Origin: Rhodobacter capsulatus SB 1003
GTDB lineage: Bacteria; Pseudomonadota; Alphaproteobacteria; Rhodobacterales; Rhodobacteraceae
Assembly: GCF_000021865.1 (NCBI RefSeq)
Contig: NC_014034.1
Span: 2,940,001 to 2,972,000 of the forward strand
Direction of reading: 5' to 3'
DNA length: 32,000 bases
The notes beneath the pieces were generated by a model. It saw only the letters and a program-made list of their open reading frames with translations. It had not been told where the DNA came from and made no database searches. Of this stretch, positions 1 to 6,763 are shown piece by piece. Positions within the stretch are counted from its first letter, which is position 1, and the number at the start of each line of letters is the position of its first letter. The translations under genes and the position numbers were made by a program.

Positions 1-337
1 GCGCGGTGCTCATCATCTCGCCCAGCCCCTTCGCGCCGGTCCCCGCCGCCGCGCTCATCGAGCCCAGCATCGCGCCGATATTCGTCTGCGCCGTCTCGGT
101 CGCCGCCGCGGCCTGGGTGCCGAACGTCGCCAGCATCCGGCTGACCGTCTCCTTGCCGCCCGGAACGCCCATCCGGGCCGCCCAGTCGCCCATCTGCTCG
201 GCCATGCCGCCGGGCTTGCCGGCATCGCGCAGCGCCCCCTTCATCGCGTCGATCCCGCCCGCCTGCTGGAATTTCTGCACGCCCTTGGCAGCGGCAAAGC
301 CCACCGCCAGCGTGGCCAATGTCTTGACGAAACTCAT
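1..337 (-). CDS. TerB/DUF533-like protein, N-terminal 112 codons (gene continues past the left edge)
   Basis: Absent from the ORF track because it is open at the window edge. ATG at 335-337 (complement) follows a GGGAGGAA SD. Reads MSFVKTLATLAVGFAAAKGVQKFQQAGGIDAMKGALRDAGKPGG..., with strong G/C third-position bias. The family call comes from remembered N-termini of Rhodobacterales TerB/DUF533 proteins and is weak. Confidence 0.55.
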   Translation of the reverse strand, partial: MSFVKTLATLAVGFAAAKGVQKFQQAGGIDAMKGALRDAGKPGGMAEQMGDWAARMGVPGGKETVSRMLATFGTQAAAATETAQTNIGAMLGSMSAAAGTGAKGLGEMMSTA

Positions 338-517
338 CCCGTTCCTCCCGGTTGGTGATGTCAGCCCGGCAGGGACCGCCCGGAGGCGACCGATCGCGTC
401 CCCCCGCCGCCCCTTGCCTTCGTCTTCCAATCTCGGAGCACAGCCGCCCCGGTTCAAGAGGAATCACGTCAAAGCGAAGCGCCGCAGGCCGCCGCCGCCC
501 CGAAAGGCGGCAGGCGC

Positions 518-918
518 GCGGAAGACCTGTAAGCCGGATTTTGTCCGGGGTTGCCCCCTGGATGACCATTCCTCTGGGTCTGCGGTCACCCGCAGCCTCA
601 AGCCGCCAACCCGGACACCTCGGGGCGAAGCTCCCCTGCCGTCCCCCGTTTCCGGTTGCGGCGCGGCATCCCTATTCGGCGTTGCTCCCGGTGGGGCTTG
701 CCGTGCCGGTCCTGTTGCCAGTCCCGCGGTGGGCTCTTACCCCACCGTTTCACCCTCACCCCGCAAGCGGGGCGGTCTGTTCTCTGTGGCGCTTTCCCTG
801 GGGTTGCCCCCGCCGGGCGTTACCCGGCACCGTTGCTTCATGGAGTCCGGACTTTCCTCGGAGGCCCAGCTATCCGAAAAACGGAGCTATGGGCCGCCGC
901 GGTCATCCGGTCTTCCGC
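518..918 (-). ncRNA. rnpB: RNase P RNA, bacterial type A
   Basis: Reverse complement of 842-859 is GAGGAAAGTCCGGACTCC, the universal P4 5' strand. Reverse complement of 521-544 is ACAAAATCCGGCTTACAGGTCTTC, equivalent to E. coli ACAGAACCCGGCTTA. GGAAGACC (complement of 909-916) pairs with GGTCTTCC (complement of 520-527) to close P1. About 400 nt. The overlapping ORFs are Arg/Pro-rich junk. Confidence 0.9.
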
Positions 919-926
919 GCCCTCGT

Positions 927-956
927 GCCATACGCCGCGCCCGGGGCAAAGGTCAA
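927..956 (-). promoter_or_regulatory. Candidate sigma70-type promoter of rnpB
   Basis: Minus strand reads TTGACC (951-956), an 18-nt spacer, then TATGGC (927-932), ending about 8-10 nt before the P1 5' strand. Confidence 0.4.
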
Positions 957-957
957 T

Positions 958-1076
958 GGGGGCTCTGCCCCCATACCCCCGGGATATTTGGAGCAAGATG
1001 AAGGGAAGGCCGGGTTTGGCTTTCATCTTGCCGGAAATATCCCGGGGGGAGGCGCAGCCGGGGGGCAGAGCCCCCC
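958..1076. repeat. Composite palindromic intergenic element, copy 1 of 5
   Basis: GGGGGCTCTGCCCCC-ATA-CCCCCGGGATATTTGGAGCAAGATGAA ... TTCATCTTGCCGGAAATATCCCGGGGGG ... GGGGGGCAGAGCCCCCC. Long imperfect hairpin with GC mini-hairpin clamps. Abuts the amidase stop codon (1080-1082) and the rnpB -35 box. Confidence 0.85.
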
Positions 1077-1079
1077 TCC

Positions 1080-1769
1080 TCAACTGGCCCGCCAGGCGCC
1101 GCCGTCCGAGCCGAAGCGCAAGGCCAGATCGTTGATCATCGCAATGTCGGTGGCATCGAGCGCGCCCTCATGCCGCGGCCGGAACCGCAGCCGGAAGGCC
1201 GAAAGCAGCACGTCAAAGGGCGCCTCGGGATAGCCGAAGGTTTCCGCCAGCGCGAGGAAGGCCTCGGGCGTGACCGGCGGCAGCCGCCCCGCGGGCGCGG
1301 GCCAGATCGCCAGATCCTGCCGGGCGAGCCGGGCCCAGTCGAAGCGCGGGCCGGGGTCGATCTTGCGCCCGGGCGCACAGTCGGAATGGGCGATCACCGC
1401 CTCGGGGCCAAGGCCCCAGCGCGCGAAGATCTCGGGCAAAAGCCGCTCCAAGGCCGCCATCTGCGGTTCGGGAAAGGGCGCATCGCCCGTATTGGCCAGT
1501 TCGATCCCGATGGAGCGGGAATTCACATCCGCCTGCCCCATCCAGCCGCCCGCCCCGGCGTGCCAGGCGCGCAAGCGTTCCGGAACAAGGGCTTCCACCC
1601 GGCCATCCTCGGCGATCAGCCAATGCGCCGAGACCTCGGCCGCGGGGTCGCAGAGCCGATCCCGTGCCACGGCGCAGCTTTCCATGCCGGTGTAATGCAA
1701 AACGATCAACTCGGGCTGCGCGCCGCCGCGCCGCTCTCCGAAATTCGGAGAGGCGGGCGTTCCGGTCAT
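1080..1769 (-). CDS. N-acetylmuramoyl-L-alanine amidase, AmpD/amidase_2 (PGRP) family
   Basis: 229-aa ORF with LIVLHYTG...AHWLI.EDGRV...RAWHAGAG...NSRSIGIEL...VIAHSDCAPGRKIDPGPRFDW, the zinc-amidase_2 pattern. Its ATG overlaps the upstream stop (ATGA at 1766-1769). Confidence 0.85.
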   Translation of the reverse strand: MTGTPASPNFGERRGGAQPELIVLHYTGMESCAVARDRLCDPAAEVSAHWLIAEDGRVEALVPERLRAWHAGAGGWMGQADVNSRSIGIELANTGDAPFPEPQMAALERLLPEIFARWGLGPEAVIAHSDCAPGRKIDPGPRFDWARLARQDLAIWPAPAGRLPPVTPEAFLALAETFGYPEAPFDVLLSAFRLRFRPRHEGALDATDIAMINDLALRFGSDGGAWRAS

Positions 1770-2443
1770 GGACGCGCCGCCTGGAAGGGTCGCGGATCCC
1801 AGGCGCAGGCGAAGCCGTCGCCATCGGGGTCCAGATTGCCCGGATCCTTGACCGGACCGCCCTTTTCCAGAAACGCGCGCTGCGCCAGATCCGAGGAGAC
1901 GAATTTCGCGCAGGCCTTTTCGGTCGAGGTCATCTTGAAGCCGTTGCGCTCATAGACCTTCTGGCCCGGCGTGTTGGTCGCGGCCAGGGCATAGGCGGCA
2001 AGGTTCGGCCCTGCCGCGCCCTGGGTCGTCATGTCGGTGACCGGCGCGGCGCGGGTGCCGTCGAAATGCGACATCGCATCCATCGGCAGGCCGGGCGCGC
2101 GCGGCTGGCCGTTCACCCCCACATATTCGCCCGTCGCCGGATTGACCGGGGCCGGGCCGGGGCCGGAGGGCGCGGTGGCGCGCAGCGCGGCGATCGCATC
2201 GGCGCCGATCGTGCCCTGCGTCGTCTTTGCCGCCGCCGCATCCAGCGCCGCGGTCGAGCTTGCGGGCGCCCCGGGCGGCGGCAGGGTGGTAGCGCTCAGC
2301 GGCGCCCCCTGCAGGGCGGCTTCGCGTTGCTGCTGATAGCTTTGATAATCGCCAAAGCCCACGCCCGCCGCCGAATTCGGCACCGAGGGCTCGCAAGCCG
2401 CCAGCACCAGCCCCGTCAGAACGAACCCGACCGCCTTGCGCAT
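1766..2443 (-). CDS. Ala/Pro-rich lipoprotein with C-terminal Excalibur-like calcium-binding motif
   Basis: Start moved to ATG 2441-2443, which has an AAGGAGAC SD that overlaps the gatA stop. MRKAVGFVLTGLVLAAC is a signal peptide plus lipobox. The C-terminus DPGNLDPDGDGFACAWDP fits DxDxDGxxC. Confidence 0.75.
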   Translation of the reverse strand: MRKAVGFVLTGLVLAACEPSVPNSAAGVGFGDYQSYQQQREAALQGAPLSATTLPPPGAPASSTAALDAAAAKTTQGTIGADAIAALRATAPSGPGPAPVNPATGEYVGVNGQPRAPGLPMDAMSHFDGTRAAPVTDMTTQGAAGPNLAAYALAATNTPGQKVYERNGFKMTSTEKACAKFVSSDLAQRAFLEKGGPVKDPGNLDPDGDGFACAWDPRPFQAARP

Positions 2444-2453
2444 CACCGTCTCC

Positions 2454-3932
2454 TTACCACCATTTCGCCGGTTTCGCGGCAAAGCCCGCGGCTTTTTCCA
2501 GCACCAGCGCCTGATTGAGCAGATCGCCCTCTTCCCAGGGCCGACCGATCAGCTGCAGCCCCATCGGCAGACCCTTGGCATCCAGCCCCACCGGCACCGA
2601 AATGCCGGGCAGACCGGCCAGGTTCACGGTGACGGTGAAGACGTCGTTGAGATACATCTCGACCGGATCGGCATCCTTCATCTCGCCCAGCCCGAAAGCC
2701 GAAGACGGCGTCGCGGGCGTCAGGATCGAATCGATCCCGGCGGCAAAGGCCTGATCGAAGTCCTGCTTGATCAGCGCCCGCACCCGGCGCGCGCGGTTGT
2801 AATAGGCGTCGTAGAAGCCCGCGGACAGCACATAGGTGCCGATCATGATGCGCCGCTGCACCTCGGGGCCGAAGCCCTCGGCGCGGGTCTTTTCATACAT
2901 GTCGACGATGCCTTCGCCCGCCGAAAGTGTCGCGCGGTGGCCGTAGCGCACGCCATCATAGCGGGCCAGGTTCGACGAGGCCTCGGCCGGGGCGATCACG
3001 TAATAGGCGGGCAGCGCATATTTCGTATGCGGCAGCGAGATTTCAACGATTTCCGCGCCCGCATCGCGCAGCATCGCCGCGCCATCGGACCAGAGCTTTT
3101 CGATCTCGGCGGGCATGCCCTCCATGCGGTATTCGCGCGGAATGCCGATCTTCTTGCCGCGGATATCGCCCGTCAGCGCCGCTTCGAAATCGGGCACCGG
3201 AATATCGGCGCAGGTCGAATCCTTGGCGTCGTTCGAGGCCATGGTGCCAAGCATGATCGCCGCATCGCGCACCGATTTCGTCATCGGCCCGGCCTGATCA
3301 AGGCTCGACGCAAAAGCGACGACGCCCCAACGCGAGACGCGGCCATAGGTCGGCTTGATGCCGACGATGCCGGTGAAGGCGGCGGGCTGGCGGATCGAGC
3401 CGCCGGTGTCGGTGCCGGTCGCGGCAAGGCACAGATCGGCGGCGACGGCTGCGGCCGAACCGCCGGACGAGCCCCCCGGCGTCAGCTGCCGGTCATCGAC
3501 CTTCCACGGGCTGACCACGGGACCATAACAGGCGGTCTCGTTCGACGATCCCATGGCGAATTCGTCCATGGAAAGCTTGCCCAGCATCACCGCGCCCGCA
3601 TCCCAAAGGTTCTGCGTCACGGTCGATTCATATTCCGGCTTGAACCCCTCAAGGATGCGCGAGGCGGCCTGCGAGGCGACGCCCTTGGTGCAGAACAAGT
3701 CCTTGATCCCAAGCGGAATCCCGCACATCGCCGGGGCATCGCCCGCTTTCAGCCGCGCATCGGCGGCCTTGGCCTGCGCCAGCGCGATCTCGGGCGTTTT
3801 CGCGCAGAACGCATTCAGCGCGCCCGCGGCGTCGATCTCGGCCAGACAGGCCTCGGTGATCTCGACCGAGGTCACTTCCCCCGCCTTCAGCGCATCGCGG
3901 GCGGCGGCGATCGTCAGTTTGTTCAGGCTCAT
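2454..3932 (-). CDS. gatA: Glu-tRNA(Gln)/Asp-tRNA(Asn) amidotransferase subunit A
   Basis: 492 aa with amidase signature [13 protein letters not shown] and CGIPLGIKD. Overlaps the gatC stop (3929-3932). Confidence 0.95.
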   Translation of the reverse strand: MSLNKLTIAAARDALKAGEVTSVEITEACLAEIDAAGALNAFCAKTPEIALAQAKAADARLKAGDAPAMCGIPLGIKDLFCTKGVASQAASRILEGFKPEYESTVTQNLWDAGAVMLGKLSMDEFAMGSSNETACYGPVVSPWKVDDRQLTPGGSSGGSAAAVAADLCLAATGTDTGGSIRQPAAFTGIVGIKPTYGRVSRWGVVAFASSLDQAGPMTKSVRDAAIMLGTMASNDAKDSTCADIPVPDFEAALTGDIRGKKIGIPREYRMEGMPAEIEKLWSDGAAMLRDAGAEIVEISLPHTKYALPAYYVIAPAEASSNLARYDGVRYGHRATLSAGEGIVDMYEKTRAEGFGPEVQRRIMIGTYVLSAGFYDAYYNRARRVRALIKQDFDQAFAAGIDSILTPATPSSAFGLGEMKDADPVEMYLNDVFTVTVNLAGLPGISVPVGLDAKGLPMGLQLIGRPWEEGDLLNQALVLEKAAGFAAKPAKWW

Positions 3933-4216
3933 TCGACCACCTTCGGCACGGCAAAGAAACCCTCGCGGGCATCGGGGGCGTTTTTCAGCACGGCTTCGGG
4001 ATAGTTGCCGTCCGTGACCACATCGGCGCGCCGCTTCAGCCGCATCGGCGTGACCGAGGTCATCGGCTCGATGCCGTCGACGTTCACTTCGTTCAGCTGT
4101 TCCATGAAGGTGAGAATGCCCGAGAGCTGCTCGGCCAGTTTCGGCAGGTCGGATTCGGGCACGCGGATCCGCGCCAGATGCGCCACCTTGCGGGCGGTGT
4201 CGATGTCGATGGACAT
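3929..4216 (-). CDS. gatC: Glu-tRNA(Gln)/Asp-tRNA(Asn) amidotransferase subunit C
   Basis: 95 aa, [44 protein letters not shown]... ATG at 4214-4216 has a GGAGCAACCC SD. The 245-aa track ORF is an unsupported N-terminal extension. Confidence 0.9.
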   Translation of the reverse strand: MSIDIDTARKVAHLARIRVPESDLPKLAEQLSGILTFMEQLNEVNVDGIEPMTSVTPMRLKRRADVVTDGNYPEAVLKNAPDAREGFFAVPKVVE

Positions 4217-4330
4217 GGGTTGCTCCGGTTGACTTGGGCCGGGTTTAGCGTCCGGGGGCGGGTGTTTCAAGCGCCGCTTCCCTTTCGGGCCGCCTGCGCT
4301 AGACTTTGCGCGGAAAATGGGAGGAACGGC

Positions 4331-5023
4331 ATGAAACTGACATGGTTCGGGCATTCCGGGTTCCGGCTGCAGATCGAAGGTGCGGTGATCCTGATCGACC
4401 CCTGGCTGAGCGGCAATCCGATGTTCCCGATGGACCGGCGGGCCGAGGCGCTGACGGGGGCGACGCATATTCTTCTGACGCATGGCCATGGCGATCATTC
4501 CGCCGACACTTTGGCGCTGGCGCGCGAGCTTTCGGTGCCGGTCGTGGGCATCTATGACACGATCAGCCATTGGGAAGCGGCCGAGGGGATCGCGGGGCTG
4601 GGCTTCAACAAGGGCGGCACCGTCGATCTGAATGGCGCCAGGGTGACGATGGTGCCCGCCTCGCATTCCTCCTCAATGAGCGGTCCGACGGGGCCGGTCT
4701 ACGCCGGGACCGAGTCGGGCTACATGATCGCGGGCGAGGGTCACGTGATCTATCTTTCGGGCGACACCGGGATTTCGGCCGAGATGGGCTGGATGGGGGA
4801 ATATTTCCGCCCCGATATCGGGATTCTGTCCTGTGGCGGGCATTTCACCATGGACATGAAGGCCGCCGCTTGGGCCGCAAGGAAATACTTTGATTTCAAG
4901 GTGGTGGTGCCCTGTCACTACCGCACCTTCCCGCTTCTGGAGCAATCCGCCGCGGTGCTGGCCAAGGGTCTGCCCGGCGTGCAGGTGATCGAACCCGAGG
5001 TTCTGGTGCCGATCGTGCTGTGA
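4331..5023 (+). CDS. Metallo-beta-lactamase-fold hydrolase (UPF0173-like)
   Basis: ATG 4331 follows GGGAGGAA. MKLTWFGHSGFRLQ...LLTHGHGDHSAD carries the HxHxDH motif. 230 aa, divergent from gatC. Confidence 0.85.
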   Translation: MKLTWFGHSGFRLQIEGAVILIDPWLSGNPMFPMDRRAEALTGATHILLTHGHGDHSADTLALARELSVPVVGIYDTISHWEAAEGIAGLGFNKGGTVDLNGARVTMVPASHSSSMSGPTGPVYAGTESGYMIAGEGHVIYLSGDTGISAEMGWMGEYFRPDIGILSCGGHFTMDMKAAAWAARKYFDFKVVVPCHYRTFPLLEQSAAVLAKGLPGVQVIEPEVLVPIVL

Positions 5024-5033
5024 GCGGGAAGAT

Positions 5034-5266
5034 TTGACCGAGGCCATCGCCGAGGTCATGTGACACAGCCGTCCCGGGACCGCCGGGGCGCCAAAGCGTC
5101 CCGGCCAGCGCCCGCCCCGCCCCTGGCGGGCGCTTCTCGCCCGCCGGGCCGGGCGCCGGCCTCTGTTGTGCCTCGCGGAAACGGTCCTGCACGCCCCCTG
5201 GCGCTGCCGGGCGGGGAAAAGCGGTGCTTTTCCTGATCCGCCCGAAACCAAGGCGGGCTTCGGGCC
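5034..5266 (+). repeat. ~230-nt multi-hairpin repeat, copy A (candidate structured RNA)
   Basis: Aligns with 13263-13495. Identical blocks include cccggccagcgcccgccccgccc, gcgggcgcttctcgcccgccggg and ggcgccggcctctgttg. Several hairpins are preserved by compensatory changes (see findings). Confidence 0.7.
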
Positions 5267-5292
5267 TTGACCAACTCGGCTGCACAGCCCGC

Positions 5293-5321
5293 TTGCAAGC
5301 CATCGCATCCGCCCTTATATG
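5293..5321 (+). promoter_or_regulatory. Candidate promoter of ffs
   Basis: TTGCAA (5293-5298), a 16-17 nt spacer, then TTATAT/TATATG (5315-5321), ending about 6 nt before the SRP RNA 5' stem. Confidence 0.45.
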
Positions 5322-5325
5322 AGCG

Positions 5326-5426
5326 CTTGAGAGGTTGGCGCGGGCGAGCGCCTCGCCAACCCGGTCAGGTCCGGAAGGAAGCAGCCGCAACGAGCCCCGC
5401 TTGGGTCGATGTCCAGCCTCTCACCC
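5326..5426 (+). ncRNA. ffs: Signal recognition particle RNA (4.5S type)
   Basis: GGTCAGGTCCGGAAGGAAGCAGCC (about 5363-5386) is the conserved domain IV motif. 5' TTGAGAGGTTGG pairs with 3' CCAGCCTCTCA. Position just upstream of dnaX is classical. Ends are approximate. Confidence 0.85.
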
Positions 5427-5466
5427 CCCTCCCCCCGTTTCGTCGATTGCCCCGCCCCCGGGCGGA

Positions 5467-6573
5467 TCACTGGCAGGTCTGCCGGATCCGGCACAGGACC
5501 GCGGCCACCGCCTCGGGATCGGGGGAAAGATCCGCGGCGGAAACCCCGAAACCGGCCGCATGGGCCGAGACTTTCGCCAGATCCTCGGCGCTGAAGCGCA
5601 GCAGATCCGCCTCGCTGCGGATCCCGGTCCCGGATTTGGCCTTTGGCTCGGGGAAGGGCCTGCCTAGCCGCCGCCCGGCCCAGTCGAAGATCTCGCGGTT
5701 GACCGCGCGCGTCTGGTCCAGAACCTCGGGATGCAGATCAAAGGGCACATCCGGCAGACGGCCCAGATCTTCGGAGAACCCGTTCTCCAGCCGCCGCGGC
5801 CCGCGGTTGGCAAAGGGACAGGCGCCCAGGCGGCGATAGGTGTAGATCAGCTTCACCCCCAGCTGCGACATGCCCTCGTTGCTCTCGAGCGGCGAGAGCG
5901 CACCCGAATCGATCCCCAGCGCCGAAAGGAAATGCCGGACCACGCTGCCTTCGGGAAAACCGGCCCGGTCATAGACATGGGCCTGCACCCGGTCCGGCCC
6001 GACGCAGCGATCCAGGATCCCGACGATGGCGTGATGCTCCAGCGGCAGCACGGTGCAGCCAGTGGGATCGAACACCGGATTGAGCGGCATCCGCAGCTTG
6101 AGAATTTCCTGAAAGCTGGAGCGCAGATAGGTCGCGGGCTCGCGGATGTAGCCGATGAACTCCGGATCGACCGGCAGATCCTGAAAAAAGGCGACCATCG
6201 CCTCGGCCTCTTCGGGCACGAAGGACGAGATCGATTCCGCCGACAGGATCAGCGGCCCCCGCGGACAGGTCTCGATCCCCTCGAGGATGATCCGGCGCAG
6301 ATGCCTGCGCGCCCCGTCCCGCATCGCGGGCAGATCCGCGCGGGTGGCTTCGCTTGCGCGGATCGACAGCAGCTTTTCCGGCCGCAGGAACGCGTTCTGC
6401 ATCATCGCAGAGCTGTTCGGATGCCCTGCGAACAGCAGAAGGAACCCGTTCTTCGGGTCATTGGCCGCGTGCAGCGTCTCCTGAATCGCCGAGCTGCCGG
6501 TCTTGTGGCCGCCGAAATGCACGACAAGCCGGGTGCGGCCGTCGCGCGGGCGGAAGTTTTCGGTGTCAGTCAT
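5467..6573 (-). CDS. Hypothetical protein, possibly sulfotransferase-like (P-loop-like HFGGHKTGSSAIQ near the N-terminus)
   Basis: Start placed at ATG 6571-6573 (MTDTENFRPRDGRTRLVVHFGGHKTGSS...). The longer track ORF would run into the dnaX promoter and start. GC3 bias supports coding. The function call rests only on resemblance of GxHKTGSS to the sulfotransferase 5'-PSB loop. Confidence 0.65.
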   Translation of the reverse strand: MTDTENFRPRDGRTRLVVHFGGHKTGSSAIQETLHAANDPKNGFLLLFAGHPNSSAMMQNAFLRPEKLLSIRASEATRADLPAMRDGARRHLRRIILEGIETCPRGPLILSAESISSFVPEEAEAMVAFFQDLPVDPEFIGYIREPATYLRSSFQEILKLRMPLNPVFDPTGCTVLPLEHHAIVGILDRCVGPDRVQAHVYDRAGFPEGSVVRHFLSALGIDSGALSPLESNEGMSQLGVKLIYTYRRLGACPFANRGPRRLENGFSEDLGRLPDVPFDLHPEVLDQTRAVNREIFDWAGRRLGRPFPEPKAKSGTGIRSEADLLRFSAEDLAKVSAHAAGFGVSAADLSPDPEAVAAVLCRIRQTCQ

Positions 6574-6713
6574 TCCAGCTGCCCCCGCATGCCGAGACCC
6601 CAGACGCCCGCGCCGCAGGCGGACCGATGGCGCGGCCCCTGCCACGAAGCCATCCACGAAGACCGCACCCGTATCAAGCGGCATCTGCCCGCCGCCTTCG
6701 GGCGGGGATCGGT

Positions 6714-6741
6714 TTGACTTGCGCGCCCCCGCGGGTAGAGT
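6714..6741 (+). promoter_or_regulatory. Candidate dnaX promoter
   Basis: TTGACT (6714-6719), a 16-nt spacer, then TAGAGT (6736-6741), about 22 nt upstream of the dnaX ATG. SD GAGGAGAC at 6753-6760. Confidence 0.4.
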
Positions 6742-6763
6742 GGCGCCGAACCGAGGAGACCCC

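Noticed and set aside
6-1233. ORFs 6..1001 (+), 352..1233 (+) and 656..1135 (+), of 159-331 aa
   Set aside because: They run antisense through a real minus-strand gene (1-337), straight across the RNase P RNA and across the palindromic repeat. Their composition is dominated by Pro/Arg/Ala/Gly and there are no start signals.
2436-4004. 522-aa ORF on the + strand
   Set aside because: It is a full-length antisense shadow of gatA/gatC. It is Arg/Gly/His-rich with no motif, while the minus strand encodes unmistakable GatA.
3929-4666. 245-aa version of the gatC ORF
   Set aside because: Only the last 95 codons resemble GatC, and these have an SD. The extension overlaps the divergent MBL hydrolase gene and its promoter region.
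5079-5266. Reading the 230-nt repeat as a duplicated small gene or as a known riboswitch (ZTP-like CCGGGCGG...CCGCCC)
   Set aside because: Indels between the copies break all frames. Copy A faces an RNA gene (ffs) and copy B faces a gene's 3' end, so there is no regulated downstream CDS. The ZTP pseudoknot consensus is not present.
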